This document shows, one piece after another, positions 41,098 to 52,178 of a stretch of DNA of 64,000 nt. This stretch comes from Arcobacteraceae bacterium (GTDB lineage: Bacteria > Campylobacterota > Campylobacteria > Campylobacterales > Arcobacteraceae), in contig CBDCZH010000003.1 of NCBI GenBank assembly GCA_965224485.1, positions 32,705 to 96,704 of the forward strand. Reading direction: 5' to 3'. The position numbers and the translations under genes are program-made. How positions within the stretch are numbered: position 1 is the first letter of the stretch; the number at the start of each line of letters is the position of its first letter. The notes beneath the pieces are model-generated. The model did no database searches. It was given only the letters and a program-made list of their open reading frames with translations, and had not been told where the DNA came from.

Positions 41098-41188
41098 TGG
41101 CGGACAGTGAGAGATTCGAACTCTCGGTACCGTTGCCAGTACGCATCCTTAGCAGGGATGTGGTTTAAGCCAACTCACCCAACTGTCC
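41098..41188 (-). tRNA. tRNA-Ser(GCT)
   Basis: GGACAGTTGGGTGAG...CTGCTAA anticodon loop, long variable arm, GCCA end. Confidence 0.95.
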
Positions 41189-41207
41189 TTTGTGAATTAG
41201 GAGTGTG

Positions 41208-41245
41208 ATTTTACTAACAAGGTACTTAAGAAACACTTAAAATTT
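41208..41245 (-). promoter_or_regulatory. probable sigma70 promoter of the tRNA operon
   Basis: TAAAAT -10 (41213-41208) with upstream periodic TTAAGT elements typical of Campylobacterota. Confidence 0.45.
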
Positions 41246-41332
41246 TACTAATTTCTAATAGTTTTAAACATTTAAAATATTACTTGCATCTTTTTAAACT
41301 TTTTATAAAAAATATTTAAATCTTTAATAGAT

Positions 41333-42019
41333 TTAAATATTTTCTAAGATTCTTTCTACTACAAGTTTAGGATTATTAGCTTTATAAATAGGCCGTCCAA
41401 CAACAATAAAATCAACTGAATTATTTTTAGAGAATTCTATATCAGCAACTCTTTTTTGATCTTCTGCATCTTCGCCAAAAGGTCTAATGCCTGGACATAA
41501 AGTTATAAAACTTTTTGAACTTACATTTTTAATGTCTAAGCTCTCATAAGCAGAACAAACTACACCATCTACTTTTGAAGAAAAAGCATTAACTGCAAAC
41601 TTTGTAGCTTTTGTTTTTATATCTTCATTATATACTTCTTTAAAAGCTTCATTGCTAAAAGAAGTAAGAGCAGTAACTGCAATAACTAATGGTTTATTTG
41701 GAATATCTTTAATTCTATTCATTACAGCACTCATAGCTTCACATCCAGCGCTTGCATGAATATTAAACATATCAACAAAACCAAAGTTTGCTATTTCTTG
41801 TGCAGCATCTGCCATAGTATTTGGAATATCATAAAGTTTTAAGTCTAAAAATATTTTAAAATTAGGATTTATCTTTTTTAGTTTTGATAAAAAATCTTTT
41901 CCGTCTCGTATATATGTTCTAAAACCAACTTTTAACCAAACATCATATTGCTTAATTTCTTCTACTAAAGCAAGATTTTCTTCACTACTTGGTAAATCTA
42001 AAGAAACACAAAGTTTCAC
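41333..42019 (-). CDS. pyrF: orotidine-5'-phosphate decarboxylase
   Basis: FLDLKLYDIPNT, PGIRP, VVGRPI. Confidence 0.95.
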   Translation of the reverse strand: MKLCVSLDLPSSEENLALVEEIKQYDVWLKVGFRTYIRDGKDFLSKLKKINPNFKIFLDLKLYDIPNTMADAAQEIANFGFVDMFNIHASAGCEAMSAVMNRIKDIPNKPLVIAVTALTSFSNEAFKEVYNEDIKTKATKFAVNAFSSKVDGVVCSAYESLDIKNVSSKSFITLCPGIRPFGEDAEDQKRVADIEFSKNNSVDFIVVGRPIYKANNPKLVVERILENI

Positions 42020-42418
42020 TTATGCTTCTTTATTGACTTTATCTAAAAGCCCATTTACAAACTTAGGTGCCCCATCACTTGCTAATCTTTTTGATAATTC
42101 AATTGCTTCATTTATAACAATACCTTTATCAAGTTTAACAAACATTAATTCATAAATTGCAAGTCTTAAAATAGATTTTTCAACACTTCCAATATCAGAT
42201 ATTGTTCCTTGTTTTAAATGAGAAATCAATTCTTCATCAATTTGTTTTAAATTATCAATTACACCATTAAAAAGATTTAAAGCAAACTCTTTTTGTTTAT
42301 TTCTAATTTTTTTATCTTCTAGAATATCATCAACAAATTTAACAATACCTTCATTTCCTAAACTATACGCATATAATAAACCAATTACAGACTCTCTTGC
42401 TTGTGTTCTAGTTGCCAA
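42020..42418 (-). CDS. nusB: transcription antitermination factor NusB
   Basis: R.QARE, ILRLAIYEL, INEAIELSK, FVNGLLD. Confidence 0.95.
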   Translation of the reverse strand: MATRTQARESVIGLLYAYSLGNEGIVKFVDDILEDKKIRNKQKEFALNLFNGVIDNLKQIDEELISHLKQGTISDIGSVEKSILRLAIYELMFVKLDKGIVINEAIELSKRLASDGAPKFVNGLLDKVNKEA

Positions 42419-42419
42419 A

Positions 42420-42890
42420 TTATTTTCCCATCTTTGAATATAAGTCTAACATTTCTATGATTGTAGTCATAGCCTCTGCACCTTTATTTCCAGCTTTACT
42501 ACCAGCTCGCTCGATTGCTTGCTCGATTGTATCCGTTGTTAAAACACCATTTGCAACTGGTTTACCATATTTTAAACCAACAGTTGCAATACCTTTTGTA
42601 GCTTCTGCTGAAATATAGTCAAAATGTGGAGTCGAACCACGAATAACTGCACCTAAACAACAAACAGCATCATATTTACCACTACTAAGTGCTTTTTCTA
42701 GTGCAAAAGGAATTTCAAAAGCACCTGGAACTAAAATTAATTCAATATTATCTTTACCTCCACCATGTCTTAAAAAAGAGTCATGCGCGCCTTCAACTAA
42801 TCTGTCAGTTATAATATGGTTAAATCTTCCATTAATAACAGCGATTTTTTCACTACCATTTAAACTTAATTTACCTTCAATTATTTTCAT
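42420..42890 (-). CDS. ribH: 6,7-dimethyl-8-ribityllumazine synthase
   Basis: [29 protein letters not shown]. Confidence 0.97.
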   Translation of the reverse strand: MKIIEGKLSLNGSEKIAVINGRFNHIITDRLVEGAHDSFLRHGGGKDNIELILVPGAFEIPFALEKALSSGKYDAVCCLGAVIRGSTPHFDYISAEATKGIATVGLKYGKPVANGVLTTDTIEQAIERAGSKAGNKGAEAMTTIIEMLDLYSKMGK

Positions 42891-42909
42891 TTATTACTCC
42901 GAGTATTTA

Positions 42910-43063
42910 AAGTGAAAAACTAAAAATGAAAAGTAAAAAATACCACTTTTCTATTCTTTGATTTTAACTTTCTTGTTTATTTATTTGCGATTATATCTAA
43001 AATCTAATTAATTCGTGTGAAGCACTCCTTAATTATTCACTTTTCACTTTTAATTTTTAGTTT
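42910..43063. repeat. degenerate heptamer arrays (AAGTGAA / TTCACTT type) in inverted orientation
   Basis: AAGTGAA AAACTAA AAATGAA AAGTAAA (42910-42937) and TTCACTT TTCACTT TTAATTT TTAGTTT (43036-43063). Confidence 0.6.
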
Positions 43064-43854
43064 TTAAGTGCGTTTTGTATAGCAAATATATCTTCTATTG
43101 TTTTATATAAATCTTCAATTTTAAGCATATTAGGCCCATCACTTTTAGCAAGACTAGGATTTGTATGTGTTTCAAAAAAGAAACCATCAACTCCAACAGC
43201 AGCTGCTGCTTTTGCCATATAAGGTACAAAAGCAGAATTTCCTCCCGTTGTTCCTCCTGTACTAGGAATTTGAACACTATGGGTTGCATCAAAAATAACA
43301 GGAGCATACTCATTCATCAAAAGTAAATTTCGCATATCAACAACTAAAGCTCCATATCCAAAAGTATTCCCTCTTTCACAAAGCCAAACCTTATTGTTTT
43401 TAGAAGTTTCATAAGATATTTCACTTATTCCTCTTGTTTGTAATACTTTTTCAACTGGATGTTTCATAGAATCAGCAGCTAAAAACTGACCTTTTTTTAT
43501 ATTAATAATTGCATTAGTTTTAGCAGCAGCTACTAATAAATCAGTCTGTCTACATAAAAAAGCAGGTATTTGTAAAACATCTATAACTTCTGCTGCACTT
43601 TTTGCCTGATGGGATTCATGAATATCTGTAACTAACTTATATCCAAACTCTTTTTTAATTTCTTGAAATAGTTTTAAACCTTCTTCTAAACCAGGTCCTC
43701 TATATGAGTTTAAACTTGTTCTATTTGCTTTATCAAATGAAGCTTTAAAATAGAATTCAACTCTTTTATCTTCACTTAAAGGAAGTAGTTTCTCTGCAAT
43801 TCTAAAAACTGTATCTCTATCTTCTAAAACACAGGGTCCTGTTAATATTATCAC
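43057..43854 (-). CDS. kdsA: 3-deoxy-8-phosphooctulonate synthase
   Basis: [42 protein letters not shown]. Confidence 0.97.
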   Translation of the reverse strand: MIILTGPCVLEDRDTVFRIAEKLLPLSEDKRVEFYFKASFDKANRTSLNSYRGPGLEEGLKLFQEIKKEFGYKLVTDIHESHQAKSAAEVIDVLQIPAFLCRQTDLLVAAAKTNAIINIKKGQFLAADSMKHPVEKVLQTRGISEISYETSKNNKVWLCERGNTFGYGALVVDMRNLLLMNEYAPVIFDATHSVQIPSTGGTTGGNSAFVPYMAKAAAAVGVDGFFFETHTNPSLAKSDGPNMLKIEDLYKTIEDIFAIQNALKN

Positions 43855-45542
43855 TTAAATATCCTTTTAATAATTGTACTTTTTTCAAATCCATTTAGAG
43901 CATAATGGAACTCATATCTATTTTGACAAATATATTCTATATCATTTTTAGCATGTTCATCACAGGCAAATAATATCTTATCATTTAATTTAATTTCTTC
44001 GCTCCAAGAAGGTAAAAGTATTTTTTCCTTCCCTCTAATCAGCAATAAGGGTACTACATTATTATTTAACTCTCTATTATGCAAAGATACTTTTAAAATA
44101 TTTAGATGTAAGTCTTTTTTATATTTCAAATGATAAAAAAGCTCGGTAGCATCAGCTTTTGTAACTTCTATCTCATATAAAAGAGGATCTTCATTTATAG
44201 TTTGAATTAGTTTTTTAACTAACTTTGAAGCCCAAACCTCATCTTGTTTTATAAGTTCATATATAAAGATATCTGACAAGGGATTAATTAAAGCATTTGT
44301 TGTTTTATGAATTAAAATATTAGCGGGTATAAAGATATGGTTTATTTTTGCACTATCAAAAATTGAGAAATCATCAAAATTATTCTCTCTTGCTATACTC
44401 ATAATCTTTGGATTTAACTTCTTTGCAATATTCAAAATAGAAAGATTTGTTGTATCATCATTAGTTGCTGCAATTATAGCAACTGCATTTTTTATATCTG
44501 CTTTTAATAAAACTTCTTTATCATCAGCATCACCAATAATAAGTGTTGAATACTCTTGTTCATTTAAAACTTCAATTTTATTTTTATCAACTTCAATAAA
44601 AACAAGTTCTAAACCATTATCTATAAGTCTATTATATAAATACTTTCCCATTCTTCCAAAACCACAAATAATATATTTACCACTTGGAAACTTAGGTGAA
44701 ATTGCATTTAAATCATCAAGTTTATATATCCATTTTTCAATTTTTAAAATATTTGGAGCTTTAAAAGCAATATCAATCTCTTTTGAGATAATAGCAAAAG
44801 GATTTGTAATAATATCAACACCTAAGTCTTCTAAAATTTCAGCTTGGTGAACAGTACTTGCTTTTATTGCTAAACTTATATTTTTATTTAATAATTTAGA
44901 AAGAACTGCTATTTTAAGATTTTTCTTATCATCAGAGAATAAAGAAACAACAGCTTTACAATGAAATTTTTTAATTCCAGCTGCTTCGAGAGATGAAGCA
45001 GATGAAGCATCAGCTAATAAAATAGGAACATGAGGAGTATAATTTTCTAACATTAAATCATTTACATTATTCTCTTTTTCTTCAATTACAACTGTTCTAA
45101 TATCATATTCTAAAGCTTTTTTAATAATTGCTGATGTTATAGAGTTATATCCCAAAATAATTATAAATTTTTCTCTTAAATGTTTTACACTTCTTTTAAA
45201 AGAGTTTCTTTTTAACTCTTTTATTAATAATTTATCTTGTAATAAAGAAACAACTGTTCCTATTCCATAAAACCAGCCTAATACTGTTAAATAAATAGAA
45301 AAAGTAACCCAAAGTCTTTGTGAGTAAGTAAATTCATAAGGAGTTTCACCAAAACCTATAGTAGTTGCTGTATATGTTACAAAATAAAACGCATCAAAGA
45401 TACCCATATTATATGGATTTCCTTCATTATCTTGACCTTGTATTAGTAAAAGACCTATCATTGCAATAGTATAGGTTACAACTATTACAATAAAAGGGAT
45501 TCTCATTCTATAAAGAATTAGCCATAAAGAAGAAGACTTCAA
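43851..45542 (-). CDS. potassium channel with two RCK/TrkA-N domains
   Basis: 2TM plus pore TATTIGFGE; two Rossmann motifs ([14 protein letters not shown]). Confidence 0.85.
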   Translation of the reverse strand: MKSSSLWLILYRMRIPFIVIVVTYTIAMIGLLLIQGQDNEGNPYNMGIFDAFYFVTYTATTIGFGETPYEFTYSQRLWVTFSIYLTVLGWFYGIGTVVSLLQDKLLIKELKRNSFKRSVKHLREKFIIILGYNSITSAIIKKALEYDIRTVVIEEKENNVNDLMLENYTPHVPILLADASSASSLEAAGIKKFHCKAVVSLFSDDKKNLKIAVLSKLLNKNISLAIKASTVHQAEILEDLGVDIITNPFAIISKEIDIAFKAPNILKIEKWIYKLDDLNAISPKFPSGKYIICGFGRMGKYLYNRLIDNGLELVFIEVDKNKIEVLNEQEYSTLIIGDADDKEVLLKADIKNAVAIIAATNDDTTNLSILNIAKKLNPKIMSIARENNFDDFSIFDSAKINHIFIPANILIHKTTNALINPLSDIFIYELIKQDEVWASKLVKKLIQTINEDPLLYEIEVTKADATELFYHLKYKKDLHLNILKVSLHNRELNNNVVPLLLIRGKEKILLPSWSEEIKLNDKILFACDEHAKNDIEYICQNRYEFHYALNGFEKSTIIKRIFK

Positions 45543-45588
45543 ATTAAACCTTTTAGTTTTTAGTTATTAAAATTTTAAACTTTACGAC

Positions 45589-45966
45589 TTAACGCTTAGA
45601 TTTAAGCGTATCTCCAACATACAATAAAACAGACACAATATTTGCCAATAAAGCTCCTGCTGAAAGTGAAATAATAACACTTGCTATTTCTTTATCAATA
45701 ACAAAAGCATAAGCTGTTATAGTCCAAACGGTTGCTGCTGCTATTAATTGAATCACTGCAACTAAAGATGTTGCTAATAAAACAGAACCAACTTGAGTTT
45801 TATCCCCAAGTTTTAAGATTGTAGCAATAATATTAATTACTATTGCTGCAAATAACTCATACTTACTATGATGAATTAAAGAGTCTAAATCACCATAAAC
45901 GAAACCAAAATTAATAGTCATTGCTAAAATAATAAAAAAACCTGATATTACTTTATCAAGATTCAT
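45589..45966 (-). CDS. small membrane protein (DUF6394-like)
   Basis: MNLDKVISGFFI.LA.T.NFGF, LK.GD.TQ.G..LLATSLVA; family name from memory. Confidence 0.6.
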   Translation of the reverse strand: MNLDKVISGFFIILAMTINFGFVYGDLDSLIHHSKYELFAAIVINIIATILKLGDKTQVGSVLLATSLVAVIQLIAAATVWTITAYAFVIDKEIASVIISLSAGALLANIVSVLLYVGDTLKSKR

Positions 45967-47686
45967 GAACTTTATCCTTAGTATCTTTTCCAATATCTAA
46001 CATTCGATCGAACACTTTATCAATATTATCATGTACTTTTGAGTTTCTATCTAAAAATAAAAGTTTATGTTTATCTAAGTCATTAACATCTTTTACACCC
46101 ATCACAGCTAATAAACCTTTTACACCTTTTATTAAGTTATTGTGATAATCTCTTACATATCTTGAGTGTTTATGAACAAAAAAGTTTTTTCTTTTTTTCT
46201 TATCTTGTGTTGCTAAACCAACAGGACAGTGATGACCAGTTGTTCCAGAACAGTATCTTGCTCTAATACATCCAGCACTCATCATAAAACCACGAGCTAT
46301 TTGAACAAAATCAGCACCTAAAGAAAGAATAATAACTAAATCATCAGGAGTTAATAATTTTCCACTAGCAATTAATTTAATCTTATCTCTAATTTTATAT
46401 TGTCTTAATACTTTATCTACTAAATAAATAGAATCTCTAGCATTTAAACCAATTCTCTCCATCATTTCAATAGGAGCAGTTGCACTACCACCAGAACCAC
46501 CATCAATTGAGATAAAATCAGGATAAGGTTCACCACTTTTTATTCTTCTTGCAATTTCTTTAGCAAAGGGTTCAATATTTTCTAAATCTGAAATTACAAT
46601 TTTCATTCCAACTGGTTTTTCAGATAATTCTTGCATAGTCCCCATAAAATCAAATAATTCTTCAACAGAATTTGCATAAGGAAATCTATTTGGTGAGAAA
46701 AGATCTTTATGGGCTTCTACCCCTCTATAATAAGCAATAGCAGCAGATACTTTATCAGCTACTAACTTACCACCAGTTTGTTTAGCTCCTTGAGCTATTT
46801 TAATTTCTGTCATTTTACAGAACTTCATAACTTTTTGGTATCTTAAAGGATCAAATTTTCCATCTTTATCTCTAACAGAATAAAGCCCTGAAGATACTTG
46901 TAAAATAATATCTGGCATATCTTCTGGAACTTCTTTTGGAAAAGCATCTAAAGGTTTATCCCAATCAGGTCTATAAAAAGCCCTATTCTTCACATCTAAT
47001 ACATAAGTTTCGGCTTCTGGATCATTTCCAAATACCATCTTTCTATAAACCTCAGCAGCTAAAGCTGAGTTAAAAAATAGCAAAGTCATTTTTTTGATAA
47101 ATTGTTGAAAAGAAGTACCTTTTACAACAGTTAAATATTTTTCATGATAATTTCTATGTGTTACAAAAAAGTTAGACGTTAAACCACCCTCACCTGAATT
47201 AATAGGAAAGTCAGCCATTTGAGAGCCCCAAACAAAAGATCTTGTACCTTCAGGGGAAATAGAACCATCACTCATAGCTGATCTTGCAATAATTGAGTTA
47301 GCTGTAAATGGTTTTTTTTGTCTTTCTCCAAATGTTACTTTAAATGTATCTAATACCTCATTGTCATTAAGCACAATAGTCGCATGTCTTAACATCCATT
47401 TTGGCTTTGGTAAGGGTTGTGCTGGTGAAAAAGAAGCATAATTGGGAAGATTTCTTGCTGCTTTATAAACCCAATCTAATTTATCTTTTGATTCATAAAA
47501 TTTTTCATCACCAAAATATTGTCTAAAAGGTTCTCTAGCTTCTTCAAAAACATACCTTAAACGTCCAATAATTGGGTAGTTTACCAATAACTGATGATCT
47601 CTTTGAACATACTTATCATGTATATACCAAGCTACCATAATCACCACAAATAGTATAATCGATACATCTGTAAAACTCAACTGCAT
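45956..47686 (-). CDS. FMN-binding glutamate synthase family protein (stand-alone, N-terminal TM)
   Basis: SAMS.G.IS, NSGEGG, EIKIAQGAK, DGGSGG, CIRARYC....CPVGLATQ. Confidence 0.88.
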   Translation of the reverse strand: MQLSFTDVSIILFVVIMVAWYIHDKYVQRDHQLLVNYPIIGRLRYVFEEAREPFRQYFGDEKFYESKDKLDWVYKAARNLPNYASFSPAQPLPKPKWMLRHATIVLNDNEVLDTFKVTFGERQKKPFTANSIIARSAMSDGSISPEGTRSFVWGSQMADFPINSGEGGLTSNFFVTHRNYHEKYLTVVKGTSFQQFIKKMTLLFFNSALAAEVYRKMVFGNDPEAETYVLDVKNRAFYRPDWDKPLDAFPKEVPEDMPDIILQVSSGLYSVRDKDGKFDPLRYQKVMKFCKMTEIKIAQGAKQTGGKLVADKVSAAIAYYRGVEAHKDLFSPNRFPYANSVEELFDFMGTMQELSEKPVGMKIVISDLENIEPFAKEIARRIKSGEPYPDFISIDGGSGGSATAPIEMMERIGLNARDSIYLVDKVLRQYKIRDKIKLIASGKLLTPDDLVIILSLGADFVQIARGFMMSAGCIRARYCSGTTGHHCPVGLATQDKKKRKNFFVHKHSRYVRDYHNNLIKGVKGLLAVMGVKDVNDLDKHKLLFLDRNSKVHDNIDKVFDRMLDIGKDTKDKVHES

Positions 47687-47687
47687 T

Positions 47688-48572
47688 TTAATCCTTTTTT
47701 TGTGATACTAAAATACCACTAATAATAATTAAACTTATTCCTAATAATATCCAAATATTTGGAAAAGAATCACCTAAAAACATACCTAAAATAATCGAAA
47801 ATACAATATTTGAATATGAAATAGTTCCAATAATCCCAGCTTTTGCGTTAGAATAGGCTTTTGTCATATAAATTTGGGCAAAAGTTGCTACTATTCCAAG
47901 TGAGCAAATTAGTAACAAACTACTAGATGAAGGCATAATAAATGGGGCTAAAATAAAATCTAAGTCTTTATTTTCATAAAAAGATGCAATAATCATTAAA
48001 ATAACAGGACCAATCGTTCCAATTCCCATAAAAGATAAAACTATAGCTCTACTATCATAGTATTTTCTTAACTCTCTTATTGAAGTATAAGCAAGACCAG
48101 CTCCAATCCCACTTAAAATACCTAAATAATCAGTTTTACTTAAGCTTGAACCATCAAAGTTTGTAATAAATAAAATTCCTATAAAACCAATAAAAATCCC
48201 AATCCAACCTTTTATTCCAAGTTTTTCTTGAACAAAGAAATAAGCAAAAATTGCAGTAAAAATTGTAGATGTTTTAGAAAAAGTCATAGCTTGAGCTAAG
48301 GAAATATTTGCAATCATGTAAAAGAAAAATAATACGGCAATAAAACCAATCATTCCTCTAAAAAAAAGCAGAAATGGTTTTCCCCCTATTTGGTCTAGAG
48401 GTTTTTTATAAATAGAGATAGAAATTAAAATAACTCCAAAAACATTTCTGAAAAAAACAACTTCAAGAGAACTCATAGAAGAGCTTAATTCTTTTGCAAA
48501 AGCACCCATAATAGCAAAAAGTAAGGAGGCAAATAACATATATTTTATACCAAGTTTTGTAGAGCTATTCAT
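47688..48572 (-). CDS. DMT/EamA family transporter
   Basis: 10 TM, two EamA repeats (VFFRN, EKLG..W). Confidence 0.85.
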   Translation of the reverse strand: MNSSTKLGIKYMLFASLLFAIMGAFAKELSSSMSSLEVVFFRNVFGVILISISIYKKPLDQIGGKPFLLFFRGMIGFIAVLFFFYMIANISLAQAMTFSKTSTIFTAIFAYFFVQEKLGIKGWIGIFIGFIGILFITNFDGSSLSKTDYLGILSGIGAGLAYTSIRELRKYYDSRAIVLSFMGIGTIGPVILMIIASFYENKDLDFILAPFIMPSSSSLLLICSLGIVATFAQIYMTKAYSNAKAGIIGTISYSNIVFSIILGMFLGDSFPNIWILLGISLIIISGILVSQKKD

Positions 48573-48662
48573 TGTTATCCTATAAGTGAAATATAGAGTT
48601 TATGTAAAAACAGATTTTAATGAGTTTTTTGTTAAAATCTTATTATTAAAAAAAGGTAGTAT

Positions 48663-49724
48663 ATGATTCTAATTAATGAAGAAGCAGACAAATATTTATA
48701 TGCCATAGGTATTTTTTTATTTTTTTTACTTCTAAAGACTTTTTTTAGAAAGATTATTATTAAAATACTTGAAAAGTTAAGCAAAAAAACTGTAACTGAT
48801 ATTGATGATGAAATAGTTAGGGTTTTAAAAAAACCAATTGATTTGATATTTATAGTTGTTGGATTTAAAATTTCAAGTGATTTTTTAGATCTATCTCCTG
48901 TTTTAAGCTCTTATATTAGTATAGGAATTAAATCTTTATTTACATTCACCCTCTTTTGGACTATTTTTAGAATTTTATCTCCTTTATCAAATATAATGGT
49001 TAAATCACATACAAAACTAAGAGGTAAAGAATTAGGTAAGGATTTAGCAAACCTAATTACAAAAGCTTTACAAGTTGTTATTGTAGCTATTGGATTTATA
49101 AGTATTTTGCAAGAGTGGGGTTATAATATTACAGGTTTTTTAGCATCTTTGGGTTTAATGGGAATGGCAATTGCACTTGCTGCTAAAGATACAGTTGCTA
49201 ACCTTTTTGGTTCTCTTGTAATTTTTTCAGATAAACCTTTTAGAATTGGTGATTGGATTAAAACTCCTGATGTAGAAGGAGTAGTAGAACAAGTTGGAAT
49301 TAGATCAACAAAGGTAAGAACATTTGCACAAGCAATAGTTTCAGTTCCAAATGCTACTTTAGCTAATTCTTCTATTTTAAACTGGTCAAGAATGGGTAAG
49401 CGAAGAATTAAAACAACACTTGGACTTACATACTCAACATCAAATGAACAAATGCAAAATATTGTTAAAGAAATCAAAGAAATGTTAAAAGAAGATGAAG
49501 ATATTCATCAAGATACGATTTATATATATTTTACGGATTTTGAAGCAAGTTCTCTTGGTATCTTTTGTTACTTTTTTACCAAATCAACTGTTTGGGCTGA
49601 ATATATGAGAGTTAAAGAAAAAATCAACTTTAAAATGATACAAATAATTGAGAGAAATAAAACAAGTTTTGCTTTTCCTTCTACCTCAATTTATTTAGAA
49701 AAACAAAACGAAGAATTAAACTAG
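48663..49724 (+). CDS. small-conductance mechanosensitive channel (MscS family)
   Basis: ALAAKDTVANLFG, KPFRIGDWI, GIRST.VRTF, FAFPS. Confidence 0.92.
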   Translation: MILINEEADKYLYAIGIFLFFLLLKTFFRKIIIKILEKLSKKTVTDIDDEIVRVLKKPIDLIFIVVGFKISSDFLDLSPVLSSYISIGIKSLFTFTLFWTIFRILSPLSNIMVKSHTKLRGKELGKDLANLITKALQVVIVAIGFISILQEWGYNITGFLASLGLMGMAIALAAKDTVANLFGSLVIFSDKPFRIGDWIKTPDVEGVVEQVGIRSTKVRTFAQAIVSVPNATLANSSILNWSRMGKRRIKTTLGLTYSTSNEQMQNIVKEIKEMLKEDEDIHQDTIYIYFTDFEASSLGIFCYFFTKSTVWAEYMRVKEKINFKMIQIIERNKTSFAFPSTSIYLEKQNEELN

Positions 49725-49739
49725 AAATATAGGAATAAA

Positions 49740-51005
49740 ATGGAATACTTAAAAATAACTGGAAAACAAAAAATTCAAGGTAGTGTTATAATCTCAGGGG
49801 CAAAAAATGCAGCTTTACCTCTTTTAGCTTCAACTATTTTAGCAAAAAACACGATCAAGATAGGAAACTTACCTGACGTAGTTGATACTAATACTTTATT
49901 AAAACTTTTAGAAAAATTAGGTTCTGTTTATTCAAAAAAGAAAAATGACTTAAGCATATGCACAAAAGATATTCATCATACAAAAGCTAACTACGATATA
50001 GTTAAAACAATGAGAGCTTCTATTTTGGTACTTGGTCCCTTATTAGCTAGATTTGGTGAGTGTCAAGTTTCACTTCCAGGAGGCTGTGCAATAGGTCAAA
50101 GACCTGTTGATTTACATCTAAAAGCACTTGAAGCAATGGGTGCTAGTATTGAAATAAAACATGGTTATATACAAGCAAGTGCTAAAAATGGTTTAAAAGG
50201 TGCCAAAATTATTTTTGACAAGATAACTGTTGGTGGAACTGAGAATATTGTTATGGCAGCTGCTTTAGCTAAGGGACAAACTCATATTATAAATGCAGCA
50301 AAAGAGCCTGAAATAGTTCAACTTTGTGAAGTTCTAAGAGATGCTGGTTTAGATATAAAAGGAATTGGAACGTCTGAGCTTATTATTGAAGGAACAAATC
50401 AAAAACTTCTTAGCTTTAAAGACTTTGATATTATTCCAGATAGAATTGAAGCAGGAACATATCTGTGTGCTGGAGCAATTTCTAATTCTAAAATTACAAT
50501 TGAAAACATTATTCCAAAACACCTTGAAGCAGTAAGTGCTAAATTTGAAGAAATGAATTTTACTTTAGAAATAAAAGAAGATAGTATTACTATTTTACCA
50601 ACTAAAGAGATTAAACCAGTAAATTTAGTTACTAGTGAATATCCAGGTTTTCCAACAGATATGCAAGCACAATTTATGGCTTTAGCTACTCAAGCAAATG
50701 GTGTTAGTATTATAGATGAAAAGTTATTTGAAAATAGATTTATGCATGTTTCTGAACTTCTAAGATTAGGGGCTGATATTCATTTAAATGGAAATACTGC
50801 TACAATTAACGGAAAAGCTGGAACATTAAATGCAAGTGATGTAATGGCAACAGATTTAAGAGCTTCATCTGCTTTAGTACTAGCAGCACTTGTAGCAAAA
50901 GGAGAGACTAATATTCATAGAATTTACCATCTAGATAGAGGATATGAAAGATTAGATGAGAAACTTGCTAAAATTGGTGTTAAAGTAAGTAGAGATAAAG
51001 AGTAA
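49740..51005 (+). CDS. murA: UDP-N-acetylglucosamine 1-carboxyvinyltransferase
   Basis: [42 protein letters not shown]. Confidence 0.98.
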   Translation: MEYLKITGKQKIQGSVIISGAKNAALPLLASTILAKNTIKIGNLPDVVDTNTLLKLLEKLGSVYSKKKNDLSICTKDIHHTKANYDIVKTMRASILVLGPLLARFGECQVSLPGGCAIGQRPVDLHLKALEAMGASIEIKHGYIQASAKNGLKGAKIIFDKITVGGTENIVMAAALAKGQTHIINAAKEPEIVQLCEVLRDAGLDIKGIGTSELIIEGTNQKLLSFKDFDIIPDRIEAGTYLCAGAISNSKITIENIIPKHLEAVSAKFEEMNFTLEIKEDSITILPTKEIKPVNLVTSEYPGFPTDMQAQFMALATQANGVSIIDEKLFENRFMHVSELLRLGADIHLNGNTATINGKAGTLNASDVMATDLRASSALVLAALVAKGETNIHRIYHLDRGYERLDEKLAKIGVKVSRDKE

Positions 51006-51072
51006 TACTTTAATAAAGAGTATTAAAATTTAAAAACTATTTATACTTATATTAAAAAGGATATAACAAGCT

Positions 51073-52170
51073 ATGAAATTAGAAATATCACTATTTAAAT
51101 TTGATAGTAAGAGTGATTATTTGCCATATTATAAAAAACATTTCATAAAAATAAAAAATGAAAAGAATCTTTTAGATATTTTAAATACGATTAATGAAGA
51201 AGAAAAGTTCTTTTATAAAAAAGATAAAAACTTTTGTGTTTGTTTAAATGGTTTATATACTACTCTTGATTTATCTTTAGATGAAATAAAAAAAGATTTT
51301 TCAAAAGAGCTTACAATTGAGCCTATTTCAAAAAAAAGAGTTTATAGTGATTTATTAATAAATGAAGAAGATTTTAAAAAGAATTTAGAACCTTTTAAAG
51401 AATTTCTAAATGAAGATTTTATAAGTCTTTATGAAAGTTTTAAAATATATTTTTATGCTTCAAATACTTTTGATTTCTTTAAAAACTATATTGGTGATGC
51501 AATTTTACTTTTAGTTTCACATTTAATTGAAGAAAATCCAAAAGAAGAACATACCTTATTAAAAATATTAGAAGATTTAGATTATACAGCTATGTATCAT
51601 ACAAGTTTAGAAAATAAAGTTTATAATATTTCAAGCGCTATTGAAAAAAGAATTAATCAAATTAAAGAAAAATTACATATCACAAAAAAAATTACTTTAA
51701 AAATCTTAAAAGTTAAATCAAGTAAAACAATAGATTTTGATATATTTGAAGATAAAAGTAATATTTCTCATACATTTGAGAACTTTAATATAGCTTATTA
51801 CAAAACTTCAAATACAAATAAGCAAACACAAGATCTTTTGGATTTGCTTAAGGCAAAAAGTATACAATTAGACTCAAAAGAAGATGACTTAGCCTTAAAT
51901 ACTTTTCATCTTAATCCTGAGTTATCATACTGTTTAGCTTCAAGAATAATGCTTGAAGCCTATGATAAAAGCGCTGATTTATTAGTAGTTGATGATGAAG
52001 AGACTTTTTATTTGATGGATTATCATAGGTCTGAATTAAAAAAAGCTTGTGGAAGAGATATTTTAATTCCAGTAATTCATAAAAACGAATTACAAAAACT
52101 AGCAACAGGACAGCATGTAAAAGTTAAAAAAACGCTGGTAAAACATATAGTTGATCCAGAACTAATATAG
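51073..52170 (+). CDS. conserved hypothetical protein (DUF5644-like N-terminus, degenerate HdrB-like C-terminus)
   Basis: FKFD...DYLPYY..H start, LTIEP, A..IM..AYD..AD.LVV...LMD; family name from memory. Confidence 0.55.
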   Translation: MKLEISLFKFDSKSDYLPYYKKHFIKIKNEKNLLDILNTINEEEKFFYKKDKNFCVCLNGLYTTLDLSLDEIKKDFSKELTIEPISKKRVYSDLLINEEDFKKNLEPFKEFLNEDFISLYESFKIYFYASNTFDFFKNYIGDAILLLVSHLIEENPKEEHTLLKILEDLDYTAMYHTSLENKVYNISSAIEKRINQIKEKLHITKKITLKILKVKSSKTIDFDIFEDKSNISHTFENFNIAYYKTSNTNKQTQDLLDLLKAKSIQLDSKEDDLALNTFHLNPELSYCLASRIMLEAYDKSADLLVVDDEETFYLMDYHRSELKKACGRDILIPVIHKNELQKLATGQHVKVKKTLVKHIVDPELI

Positions 52171-52178
52171 GAGAAAAG

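Noticed and set aside
42890..43056. Possible FMN riboswitch upstream of ribH
   Set aside because: AT-rich with none of the conserved RFN segments (AGGGC.GGG.GAAA.TCCC.ACCG)
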